Shown: positions 19,000 to 28,002 of the stretch, one piece after another
How the letters are laid out: the number at the start of each line of letters is the position of its first letter
Numbering within the stretch: position 1 is the first letter of the stretch
Virus record (IMG/VR): IMGVR_UViG_3300022670_000197
Span: 1-47,589 of that record
DNA from: a virus
Lineage: Duplodnaviria; Caudoviricetes
Reading direction: 5' to 3' (one strand)
Length of the DNA: 47,589 nucleotides
Notes under the pieces: generated by a model
What the model was told of the DNA's origin: nothing
What the model saw: only the letters and a program-made list of their open reading frames with translations
Database searches by the model: none
Position numbers and translations under genes: made by a program

Positions 19000-20366
19000 T
19001 GTCAAAAGGATTTAACGTATCACAATATCTAGATTCTCCCAATTATGGCGCGGCCTTAGTGGGTGGAATGCAAGCGGGTCAAGGATTACGGCGTGGGGTT
19101 TTAGATGAACGTATAGCCAGGCAGAAAATGCAAGGCGCAGCTTTGGAGCAACAGCAGCAAGGCAAACAGCAAGCGGCACTGGGGGAATATCTCGGTGGTC
19201 GGGAAGGAAAAGCGGCTTTGGGCGGCGTATCCATGGGGGATATATCTTCGGCACAATCTGCGCTGGGAACTAATATTGAGCGGGGGCAGGATCAGGAGGC
19301 CAGGCAAAAAGAATATATGGCACGTGGTGCTTACGATATACTGCAAGCTCCGGCAGACAGGCAGCCTCAAATGCATGACGATTTTATCCGCCGTGGAATA
19401 CAAGAGGGATTTTTACCACCGGAGGCAGAAGAAGAAATAGGCCAGTTTGGCGAGGATGACCTTGTTGAAATGCAGGGGCTGGTTAGAGCTGGGCGAGATT
19501 TTGAGGATGTTGTGGGCGCAAAAAGCAAGGCAGAAGGAACCTCGGATATAATAAATGCGAAATATTTTGCTAGCTTATCGCCCCAAGGAAAGAAAGATTA
19601 TATAGCATCTAAGCGTGCAACTCAGGAAGAGCGATTGTACGGCCAAGGTATAACAGTTGAGGACGATGTGGCCGCGCCCATTACTGGCTTTGCTGGAGCC
19701 AAGGGAGCTATCGCAAAAGGCCAGCAAAAAGGCAAAACGACAGGGGAGCTTGAAGCTAGATTGAAACTCGAGCCTTCTGTAAAAGAATCCATTGAGATTG
19801 CTAAACAAGTCGGGAAGGAAAAGGGTATTGCGGTAGCTGAACTTGACGCTCGTATTGCTAGTTTCCCAAGATTATTAGAGGTGGCCGATAAACTCAGCGC
19901 ATTAGGTAAAAAGGCCACCTACACAAAAGCTGGCGTTATAGCGGACGCTACAAGGCGGCAATTAAAATTACCAGTGGGAGGTGGTGCGGTTGCTAGAGTT
20001 GATTACATTTCGACTATTGATAATGAAATATTACCCTTGCTTAAAGAAACGTTTGGGGCTCAATTCACAGAGAATGAGGGTAGATCTCTTAAGATTACCC
20101 TCGGTGATCCGGATAAATCCCCAGAAGAGAAGGACGCCGTTTTAAGGTCGTTTATTGCTGCAAAAATAGGCAAACTGGAATCTCTCGGCAGACAAACAGG
20201 GCAAGCTGTAGATATACCAACAAGAGCTGGCGGCGACCCTCGGCAGGTGTCAGTAGAAATGGGGCTTGTCGAGCAACCATCTAAGGGGCGGGTAGGGGAA
20301 ACAGCGCGTAAAGAAATAGGCGGAAAAACTTACATACAACGTGATGGAAAATGGTTTGAGCAATGA
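18999..20366 (+). CDS. DNA ejection protein (gp20 position)
   Basis: Helical Q/A/G-rich; second of three coupled ejection-type genes. Confidence 0.6.
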   Translation: MSKGFNVSQYLDSPNYGAALVGGMQAGQGLRRGVLDERIARQKMQGAALEQQQQGKQQAALGEYLGGREGKAALGGVSMGDISSAQSALGTNIERGQDQEARQKEYMARGAYDILQAPADRQPQMHDDFIRRGIQEGFLPPEAEEEIGQFGEDDLVEMQGLVRAGRDFEDVVGAKSKAEGTSDIINAKYFASLSPQGKKDYIASKRATQEERLYGQGITVEDDVAAPITGFAGAKGAIAKGQQKGKTTGELEARLKLEPSVKESIEIAKQVGKEKGIAVAELDARIASFPRLLEVADKLSALGKKATYTKAGVIADATRRQLKLPVGGGAVARVDYISTIDNEILPLLKETFGAQFTENEGRSLKITLGDPDKSPEEKDAVLRSFIAAKIGKLESLGRQTGQAVDIPTRAGGDPRQVSVEMGLVEQPSKGRVGETARKEIGGKTYIQRDGKWFEQ

Positions 20367-21895
20367 AAGAAGTAACTGATCCTAATTTATTGGCCCAGTT
20401 AAATGCTGGAGCACCAGCCCCAGTTGGTGGTGCTGAGGTGACTAACCCTAATTTATTGGCGCAATTGAACGCGCCTATAGGGCAGCCAGCACCCCAAGAG
20501 GTTGGGTTTTTTGGAAAAATTCAAGAGCAAATGAGGCAGCGCGGAGCAAATCTGGCGGACATAGCCGCTGCGGCGGGCCGTCAACTCCCTCAAGAGACCG
20601 CGGTGCAAACTCTTGGCACAGAGCTGGGGGCGCTCGGTGACGTAATAGGACAAACTATCTCGTCGGCTGTGGGCACAGGTTATGAAGCTTTACCAAAAGG
20701 GGCGCAAGAAACAATAGGAGAATTAGGCACGGATATATTAGAAAGTGATATAGGAAAAGCCGGGATACAGGCATTAAGATTAGGCGCGGAGGCTTGGGGG
20801 GGGTTTAAGACGGAAAACCCAAGAGCAGCAAGGAACCTTGAGGGAGTGGTCAATATTGGTGCTTTCTTTACTCCGGTTAAAGGGGTTAGTGCGGCGGGAG
20901 TGACGAAAAAGGTAGGTGAGGTGGGAGTAAAGGCAGCGGCAGAGGTTGGTAAAGATGTTGCTATGTATCCAGTTAAAGGCGTAAAAACCGTGGTTTCCGG
21001 GGTAAGAGCTGCTACAATAGCAGAGACGGAGGATGCTGTTTCTGCTTTGCGAAGGAGCGCAAACCAACATTACACTGCAATGAAAAAAGAAGGGGCAAAT
21101 ATAAATCCTGAGAAAACACAGAAGTTATTTAAGGGTATCGATAGCCAGATGGCTAAGAGAGGCATATTAAACAAAGCCTTGCATGGTAAAACTATGGCAG
21201 TTGTGGAGGATCTAAAAAATTCAGCGGCGGAGGGGACGTTAACACTAGAAACGTTAGACCAGCAAAGGCGGCTTCTTTCTCGTATTAAACCTGGTTTGGA
21301 AGGTGGAGAAGATGCAGGAATGGCGCGTGCTGCAGTTAGAGTTATGAACGCTTTTGAGAAAAGATTGACAGGTAAAGACTTGGTAGAAGGCACTGAGGAG
21401 GCCGTAACTCAATTACATCTGGGAAGAGCTGCGGCGCATAAAGGATTTAAGCTTGATAAAATTGCAGATATCTTAAAACAGGCTGACGGAGACCCTAACC
21501 GCATAAAAGCAGGGCTAAAAAGATTCGTCAATAAAGATAAAAATCTACGGGGCTTTTCAGCGGAGGAAAAGAGCTTTCTCAGGATGGCAGCAAGTGCAAC
21601 AACGGCGGAAAAGTTACTGAAAATGGGTGGTAAGTTCGGCATTGACTTAGGAACCTCCTTAACCCCTGGCAATACGGTTGCCCCGCTTTTGGGTGGATAC
21701 TTTGGGGGAACTCCGATAATTGCGGCAGGAACCGCCGTAAGGCAGCTACAAAAATACATGGCCAGAGGTAAGGCAGAGCAAGTTTTAAAGGTATTGCAGA
21801 AGGGTGGCAATCCAAAAGAATTAAAGAGACTACCTAAGAGGCAAGCTCAAAAGATTAAGGATGCTGTAATAAAACAGAGCGAACCGGAGGCTTAA
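20363..21895 (+). CDS. DNA ejection protein (gp16 position)
   Basis: EVT(D/N)PNLLAQLNA repeated twice at N-terminus; helical A/G/K-rich. Confidence 0.6.
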   Translation: MKEVTDPNLLAQLNAGAPAPVGGAEVTNPNLLAQLNAPIGQPAPQEVGFFGKIQEQMRQRGANLADIAAAAGRQLPQETAVQTLGTELGALGDVIGQTISSAVGTGYEALPKGAQETIGELGTDILESDIGKAGIQALRLGAEAWGGFKTENPRAARNLEGVVNIGAFFTPVKGVSAAGVTKKVGEVGVKAAAEVGKDVAMYPVKGVKTVVSGVRAATIAETEDAVSALRRSANQHYTAMKKEGANINPEKTQKLFKGIDSQMAKRGILNKALHGKTMAVVEDLKNSAAEGTLTLETLDQQRRLLSRIKPGLEGGEDAGMARAAVRVMNAFEKRLTGKDLVEGTEEAVTQLHLGRAAAHKGFKLDKIADILKQADGDPNRIKAGLKRFVNKDKNLRGFSAEEKSFLRMAASATTAEKLLKMGGKFGIDLGTSLTPGNTVAPLLGGYFGGTPIIAAGTAVRQLQKYMARGKAEQVLKVLQKGGNPKELKRLPKRQAQKIKDAVIKQSEPEA

Positions 21896-21999
21896 AATAA
21901 ATGACGCATTAACGTTATTGTAATAAGCAATAATAGAATAGCGATTACATTTAATACTTTTAGTATCTTATCTAAGGGCTCTTTTTTATCTTTAGACAT
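21892..21999 (-). CDS. 35-aa single-TM peptide (not in ORF track)
   Basis: GAGG RBS; MSKDKKEPLDKILKVLNVIAILLLLITITLMRHLF. Confidence 0.6.
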   Translation of the reverse strand: MSKDKKEPLDKILKVLNVIAILLLLITITLMRHLF

Positions 22000-22007
22000 A
22001 ATAAACC

Positions 22008-22160
22008 TCAAGTTTTTAAAATAAAAATGGGTGTTTTTTTGAAATGGTTCATAAGAATTCGGTCGGCAATATAAGACAATGAGCGGGTCTCTTTATCCGC
22101 GAGTAGTTGCAGTTCTTCTTTTATTTCTTTGCTGGTTCGGACTGTTATAGTTACGGTCAT
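22008..22160 (-). CDS. Ribbon-helix-helix (Arc/Mnt/CopG-like) regulator, 50 aa (not in ORF track)
   Basis: MTVTITVRTSKEIKEELQLLADKETRSLSYIADRIL: beta-strand then helix-RSLS-helix. Confidence 0.75.
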   Translation of the reverse strand: MTVTITVRTSKEIKEELQLLADKETRSLSYIADRILMNHFKKTPIFILKT

Positions 22161-22399
22161 GATTTATTACCCTTAGAGGTGTCGAGCTTTTCTTCTCCTA
22201 AAAACATCACGGCTACTTCGTCGAGGATTTTGGATAAGGCTTTACGTCCACCATCTACTTGAAAGTTGCCGAATATAGCTCCTTCAAAGCTTTGCAATAA
22301 AAGCGAGTGCAAAGCCAGAAGGTGTTTTATTTCTTCTTTATTCAAGATGCAGCGCACTAATACCTCTTCTGTTGTTAATATTCTTTCTTCACTAGTCAT
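22157..22399 (-). CDS. Hypothetical protein, first gene of the immI-like operon
   Basis: AGGT RBS; ATGA overlap with the RHH gene. Confidence 0.65.
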   Translation of the reverse strand: MTSEERILTTEEVLVRCILNKEEIKHLLALHSLLLQSFEGAIFGNFQVDGGRKALSKILDEVAVMFLGEEKLDTSKGNKS

Positions 22400-22418
22400 G
22401 ATAAATACCTATTAATAA

Positions 22419-22464
22419 TTGTGTACAATAACTTCATTGTGCATCACTTGTACACAAATGTCAA
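22419..22464 (-). promoter_or_regulatory. Leftward promoter with inverted-repeat operator
   Basis: TTGACA-17nt-CACAAT on minus strand; TTGTGTACAA (22419-22428) and TTGTACACAA (22448-22457) form a perfect inverted pair. Confidence 0.7.
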
Positions 22465-22477
22465 CAATAAAACCAAC

Positions 22478-22500
22478 AAGCTCCTTCGGGGGCTTTTTTT
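22478..22500 (+). terminator. Rho-independent terminator
   Basis: AAGCTCC-TTCG-GGGGCTT followed by a T run. Confidence 0.8.
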
Positions 22501-22512
22501 ATGGAGTAAACA

Positions 22513-23646
22513 ATGGTAGCCAGACTGATAGATCCCTCATTCAGGGCAGTAGACTCAAACGGCGTTCCCATAGCAGGAGCAAAGCTAAATGTATTCGAGG
22601 CTGGTACGACCACTCCGATAAACACATTTTCCGACTCTGCTTTATCCTCTGCCAATGCTAACCCTGTGATAGCTAGCCTAACGGGCAATGATACCGGGAT
22701 ATTTCCTGACATGTTTGTTGCGGCTGATGACTACAAAGTGAATTATACGGACGCAAGTGATGTACAGATTGACCTATGGGATAATATAGAGATACCCACG
22801 GCGGCCTCCTTTTCCGGCGGCGTTAACTCCAATGGTGAGACTGAGCACTTGGTAAAGGCTGAAACTGGCACGACGTATACCGTACTTGATGGCGATAGGG
22901 GGAAAATTGTAACCCATACCAATGCTTCAGCTATTGCGGTGACATTGGATCAAGCTAATTCCAGCACGTTTGAAAATGGCTGGTATTATGAAACAACGAA
23001 CCTGGGGGTAGGCCTTGTTACCATAACACCCACTATTTCGACAATAGGCGGGGCTTCTACTTATACCGTGGGGACAAATGAAAGTGTCAAGATTGTCAGT
23101 GACGGAACTAATTACAAGACGCTGTACAGATCGGGTACTGGTCCGGGCGTTCTTTTGGATACGAAGACGGCAAGTACCTCTAGTACAATTGTTTTTGATA
23201 ACTTCATTGATAACACGTACAGCCGATATCTGGTTTTAATTGACGGATTGCGGCTTTCAGAGGCGGCGATTGTTTACCTTACAACCAGTATTGATGGCGG
23301 CTCCACATATTTAACAAGTTATGATTTTCACCTACAAACATTAGGTAATGCCTCGGCTTCTTATAGCGCAACTGTGGCAACTGCAGCGGCTCAAATAAGT
23401 GCAACTGCTACAGCGGCTGTACCTGGAAGTCCTCAATGTCACGGACAGGTTATATTAAACGACCCCGGAGGAGCTACACAAAACAGATTGGTATCGGGGC
23501 ATTTTAGTTATCTAAAAACCTCCAACGATGCCGCGGGCGGTAGATGGTGGGCGCAGCCTACAACCAGTTCAGCAATTGATGCGATTAAATTTGCTCCAAG
23601 TGCTGGCACGTTTACGGTGGGAACTTTTAGACTATTCGGGATATAG
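22513..23646 (+). CDS. Tail fibre/spike protein, paralogue 1
   Basis: DSNGVPIAGAKLNVFEAGTTTP..NANPV virion-binding N-terminus; C-terminal IDAIKFAPSAGTFTVGTFRLFGI. Confidence 0.75.
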   Translation: MVARLIDPSFRAVDSNGVPIAGAKLNVFEAGTTTPINTFSDSALSSANANPVIASLTGNDTGIFPDMFVAADDYKVNYTDASDVQIDLWDNIEIPTAASFSGGVNSNGETEHLVKAETGTTYTVLDGDRGKIVTHTNASAIAVTLDQANSSTFENGWYYETTNLGVGLVTITPTISTIGGASTYTVGTNESVKIVSDGTNYKTLYRSGTGPGVLLDTKTASTSSTIVFDNFIDNTYSRYLVLIDGLRLSEAAIVYLTTSIDGGSTYLTSYDFHLQTLGNASASYSATVATAAAQISATATAAVPGSPQCHGQVILNDPGGATQNRLVSGHFSYLKTSNDAAGGRWWAQPTTSSAIDAIKFAPSAGTFTVGTFRLFGI

Positions 23647-23647
23647 T

Positions 23648-24772
23648 ATGACATTAAGATTATTAACCCAATCATTTGCAGCTATAGATCAAAACGGCTC
23701 GCCCATTAGTGGTGCGAAACTGAATATTTATGAAGCTGGGGCGACAACTACGCGTCTGAAAACATTTTCTGATAAGGCTTTGACGGTTCCAAATACTAAC
23801 CCAGTTATTGCGGCTTCAAATGGAATATTTCCTGATCTATTTACGGCGGCGGGTGATTACAGGGTTATTTATACAGATGCTGATGACGTTACTATAAAAG
23901 ATTGGGATGAGTTAACGGTGGTTGCCACCACCTCTTTTTCCGGCGGTTTGAATAATACTGTAGAAACTGAGCACCTTATTAACGCTCAAACTGGAACTTC
24001 TTATACTACACTGGATAACGATAGAGCAAAGGTTGTAACTCATAATAATGCGGCAGATGTTGCTGGAACCCTTCCAAAAGCTGCGGCGGCCACGTTTGAA
24101 AATGGCTGGTATTATGAAGCTGTAAGTTTAGGTGCAGAATTATCCACGATAACGCCGACTACTTCCACGATAGGCGGCAGGTCACTATACAGATTACCGA
24201 CAAACAAGAGCGTTAAAATAGTCAGCGATGGGACAAATTACCTTGCTTTAAATAGAGCGAGCGGCACACCGGGGATATTGTTATCCAAAAAGACGGCCAG
24301 CGCAAGTTCAACAATCGTATTTGATGAGGCTATTAATAGCGCATATAAACGCTATTTGGTTGTTATTGATGGTTTGCAAGTTTCGGTTGCAACTGATCTG
24401 CAATTGACGGTTAGCACCGATACAGGATCAACGTATTTAACCGATTACGATGTCCATGCGCAAAAGCTTGACGATGCGGCGAATACTTATGATGCGCAAA
24501 TAGCAACTGGGGCTAGTCTAATCAGCGTTACGGCTGGCACTAATATAAATACCGGCAATCCTAAGTTTCATGCTGAGATTGAGATACACGACCCATCGGG
24601 CACTCAGAGGCATTTAGTAACTGGAAATTGTACTTACATATCGGATAATGACGATACGACAGGCGGGGATTTTTACGCTGTCTCAGACGGCACAACTGCG
24701 GTTGACGCTATTAAGTTTGCGTTAAATACGGGCACTATGACCGTGGGAACTTTTAGATTATATGGAATATAA
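23648..24772 (+). CDS. Tail fibre/spike protein, paralogue 2
   Basis: Full-length paralogue of 22513-23646; likely ATG at 23648. Confidence 0.75.
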   Translation: MTLRLLTQSFAAIDQNGSPISGAKLNIYEAGATTTRLKTFSDKALTVPNTNPVIAASNGIFPDLFTAAGDYRVIYTDADDVTIKDWDELTVVATTSFSGGLNNTVETEHLINAQTGTSYTTLDNDRAKVVTHNNAADVAGTLPKAAAATFENGWYYEAVSLGAELSTITPTTSTIGGRSLYRLPTNKSVKIVSDGTNYLALNRASGTPGILLSKKTASASSTIVFDEAINSAYKRYLVVIDGLQVSVATDLQLTVSTDTGSTYLTDYDVHAQKLDDAANTYDAQIATGASLISVTAGTNINTGNPKFHAEIEIHDPSGTQRHLVTGNCTYISDNDDTTGGDFYAVSDGTTAVDAIKFALNTGTMTVGTFRLYGI

Positions 24773-24784
24773 AGGAGAATAAAT

Positions 24785-25168
24785 ATGTCATTTCTTATCG
24801 TAGCTGGTTGGGATAAAGACTATCGAATAACTCGGGCGGCTTATCGGGATAACGAAGCTGATGCAATAAAGTTGGTGAGTGAGCTGCTTGATATGGTCGG
24901 AGGAAGGGCCGCGCCTGATGCTTTTTACGTGGTTGATCCTGGTGTGCATATAAGCCATTTGGTTGCTGATCCTGCTGCAATGTCGGTAACAGTGGATGCA
25001 GAGGGCCGGGATTCTAAAAATGCTTTGGAGGAAATTGAAAGGGTTGAAAAGACTATAACTGTACGCCGGTTACGTGAGGCAATCCTAGGTATTGATGATG
25101 GTTGGCTGGCTGGAAAAGAGGCTTTGATAGCAACAGAGCGGGTAAAAGTTAAGAAGAAGAATAAATAA
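24785..25168 (+). CDS. Putative tail-fibre-associated/assembly protein
   Basis: IERVEKTITVRRLREAILG..WL pattern; follows fibre genes. Confidence 0.5.
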   Translation: MSFLIVAGWDKDYRITRAAYRDNEADAIKLVSELLDMVGGRAAPDAFYVVDPGVHISHLVADPAAMSVTVDAEGRDSKNALEEIERVEKTITVRRLREAILGIDDGWLAGKEALIATERVKVKKKNK

Positions 25169-25171
25169 CAC

Positions 25172-25705
25172 ATGGCTGACCTAACGATTAATCATGTATT
25201 TGTATCCGAGAAATTAGACGGGTCGGACAAGAGCCTTGTAAAGCCCTCTAACTGGAACGCTAACCTAGTCTACATGGGCGTGCTCCCACCGGGTTTTGGT
25301 GGCACTGGCGAAAGTACATTTTTAGAGGACGAAGCTGGTGCTTTTTTAACAGATGAGGCTGGGGTTCCGCTTGAGGGTATAAATCCCATTGATGCTAACC
25401 GGCTCACTAATACCGAGCCGGATATCATAAGGATAACCTTTGCGCTGTCCCCTTTCAGAGTGCCATACACGACAAAAGAAACAATTATCGAAGCTGATGC
25501 AACTGGTGGAAATATTATAATCAACCTTTACCCGAGGGTTCAGGGTCGTACAGTTTTGATAACTAAAAGGGATAGTTCAGCAAATACGGTTACTTATGTT
25601 GGAAATGGGTCTGATACCATTGGTGGTCAGGCATCCAGAGCTATATCCGCCCAATATAATTCTGTAATACTCAAAGCTGGCACAACTGAATGGATGAGGT
25701 TTTAA
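25172..25705 (+). CDS. Virion appendage protein
   Basis: INHVFVSEKLDG..VKPSNWN anchor-like N-terminus; LxDEAG repeats; ADATGGNIIINL..KRDSSANTVT fibre-type domain. Confidence 0.6.
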   Translation: MADLTINHVFVSEKLDGSDKSLVKPSNWNANLVYMGVLPPGFGGTGESTFLEDEAGAFLTDEAGVPLEGINPIDANRLTNTEPDIIRITFALSPFRVPYTTKETIIEADATGGNIIINLYPRVQGRTVLITKRDSSANTVTYVGNGSDTIGGQASRAISAQYNSVILKAGTTEWMRF

Positions 25706-26914
25706 ATGGGAAACATTGATCATTTTTCGACAGTTGAGAGAAATCTTGATGATTTTGACATTGTATACGTTAATTCTCTAAACATCTTTAGGGATAGAAC
25801 TGGCAACGTCATTAATTTGGAAAATGGCAAGCACTACATATATACCAAAACGGTGAACCATGGAGAGTTCCAATTAAAGGTGCCAGATAACGGCTCTGTG
25901 CAGTTTTCAAGTCTGAATATTCTTGCTAATACAATTGAAACTGAGTTAACAGGAACTACCCCATTATTTATTGGTAATATAGCACGTGTAGATATTAGGG
26001 ATGTGAATATAGTGTCACTTACTGGCGGGGGGCGTTGTTTTGATCTTTCTGCTGGTACTGGTGTTGTTCCTATCTTGTTCTTCCTTCAAAACCGCGTCCA
26101 GAATTTCGGCGCACTGGGCACGTTGGATGGTATTAACTTTGCATCGGAAAATGTTGGGTGGATTCTTAACAAAGATGGATTTATTCTTAATAATATGGCA
26201 ATCATCCAAATGGCAGAGCAGAATTTCGCCTTCCAAGGTGGCGATCATTTAAGAATCAACGGCTCAATCAATGATGCATTTTTCGATACATTGGCTGCAA
26301 ATCCGGCAAGTGGCGATTCGGTATTTAATATTGATTCGGGTATATCAATTACTACAGGTATACAAATCAGGAATTCTAACTTCAACACTTCCGGCGGCGG
26401 TGATTGGTTTGACCCTGCTGGCTTGGACCAGACAGATATTCATGTAAAGTCGTTTAACAATGTAAATGTTGCTGACAGTAATACATTGGCATCTGCTGGA
26501 TTTACAGCGGGCACAACGCCGACTGTATTATCCGATACCTCTACATTTATAAAACCTGCCGGAAGCTATGTTGCTGGTAACGCGGAAAGGTTTACTGAAA
26601 GCAATGGAGTTTTAACTTACATAGGGCTTGAGCCTACAACAAAAAAAGTAGCTGTCCAAGTTGCGTTAAAACTGGAGCCGGGAATCGAAACGGATGTTAT
26701 AGATGTTTCAATTCTTAAAGATGATAATGAGGTTGCAGCCTCAACAGTCAGAATGATATTATCAGATGTTTTTCAAACTCCAACAGCACCGCCAATTTTT
26801 CCGCAAGAGAATATATTTTTCGAGACGGGCACTACTGTAACTCTGGGTATGAGAAACACAAGCAAGGCAACAAATATAACTGCGACAGATGCTAAAATTC
26901 TAGTGGAGGTATAA
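25706..26914 (+). CDS. Beta-helix-containing appendage protein
   Basis: Beta-helix-like middle region and beta-sandwich-like C-terminus. Confidence 0.55.
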   Translation: MGNIDHFSTVERNLDDFDIVYVNSLNIFRDRTGNVINLENGKHYIYTKTVNHGEFQLKVPDNGSVQFSSLNILANTIETELTGTTPLFIGNIARVDIRDVNIVSLTGGGRCFDLSAGTGVVPILFFLQNRVQNFGALGTLDGINFASENVGWILNKDGFILNNMAIIQMAEQNFAFQGGDHLRINGSINDAFFDTLAANPASGDSVFNIDSGISITTGIQIRNSNFNTSGGGDWFDPAGLDQTDIHVKSFNNVNVADSNTLASAGFTAGTTPTVLSDTSTFIKPAGSYVAGNAERFTESNGVLTYIGLEPTTKKVAVQVALKLEPGIETDVIDVSILKDDNEVAASTVRMILSDVFQTPTAPPIFPQENIFFETGTTVTLGMRNTSKATNITATDAKILVEV

Positions 26915-27700
26915 ATGGCAAAAGTACAAAGTGATTTTTACTTTCGATGGGCGCAAGATCGCATACAGGAAACTTATACAGAAGATCGGGAGATTGATCT
27001 TTTAATAGAATATGTGGGAGTTGACACCACCTCTAATACTGTTGAAATCGAATTACCCTCCAGCTTGGCAGGTAATGTATTAAACGGCAAGAAAGTATGG
27101 ATTATTGATCAGGGAAATGCCGGCACGAATAACGTTACAACTATTCCGAATATTGGAGATTCCACGACTATACAAGGAAAAACTTCCTTTGTATTAGATA
27201 AGGATGGTCAGACGGTTGCATTTGAGCTGGTTGATGATCAATGGCTTATTTTTGCCAATACGGACAGATACGTAGCTTTCGGCGCAATGGGTTTTAGCGA
27301 CAATGCAACTGACACGGTGATTGTTGAAGTTGATACTTATGTCGATATTGATGGGACAATAGCTGTTGGAGATCTTGAGCGATTTTCATTCAACACAAAC
27401 GAGCTTGAATACACAGGAGATAAAACAGAGGAATTTAGGATAAGTGTAAGTTTTTCCGTAAAAAAATCTTTGGGTGCCTCTGCCAGGGAGATAAGGGCAG
27501 CTTTATTTATCGATAGCGGCTCTGGCTTTGTCGAGGATGGCAGCGCACCAATGGACATGGATAATAATATAAAATCTTTCGGTTTTTCTTCCATCAAAGA
27601 ATTAAGCAAGGGAGATAAGGTGAAAATGATGATCAAGAACGTCACAAATGATGATGATATATTAATTGTAACTTATGATTTTGTGGTAACGGTAGTATGA
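26915..27700 (+). CDS. Appendage protein
   Basis: VDTTSNTVEIELP..IIDQGNAGTNNVT fibre domain plus C1q/BclA-like C-terminus. Confidence 0.55.
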   Translation: MAKVQSDFYFRWAQDRIQETYTEDREIDLLIEYVGVDTTSNTVEIELPSSLAGNVLNGKKVWIIDQGNAGTNNVTTIPNIGDSTTIQGKTSFVLDKDGQTVAFELVDDQWLIFANTDRYVAFGAMGFSDNATDTVIVEVDTYVDIDGTIAVGDLERFSFNTNELEYTGDKTEEFRISVSFSVKKSLGASAREIRAALFIDSGSGFVEDGSAPMDMDNNIKSFGFSSIKELSKGDKVKMMIKNVTNDDDILIVTYDFVVTVV

Positions 27701-27981
27701 CGCACGTAACGCTGGTAACGGGAAATAAAACATTAGATGTAGCAGACGGTGAATCACTCCAACGAGTTACCGCCGCTGCGATTATAACAATCCCAAAAGA
27801 TATCTTTGAGCAGCATGATGGGTTTGAAGTATTCAGGGACACAACCAGCGCCGTGTCTGTCGTTGGAGCCACAGGCGTAACCGTAAATTCGCTCGGCTCT
27901 GATATCTCGGTACAATGTGGGTTCGCCAAATATGTCAATATTGGTAGTAATACCTGGATTGGCTGGGGAGATCTATCCTAA
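27697..27981 (+). CDS. Small fibre-type domain protein
   Basis: VSVVGATGVTVNS..NTWIGWGDL. Confidence 0.55.
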   Translation: MTHVTLVTGNKTLDVADGESLQRVTAAAIITIPKDIFEQHDGFEVFRDTTSAVSVVGATGVTVNSLGSDISVQCGFAKYVNIGSNTWIGWGDLS

Positions 27982-28002
27982 AGGAAAAATGAGGAAATAA
28001 TT

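Noticed and set aside
22513-24772. DGR template/variable repeat pair in the duplicated fibre genes
   Set aside because: No reverse transcriptase ORF; differences are not adenine-specific and both copies are full genes
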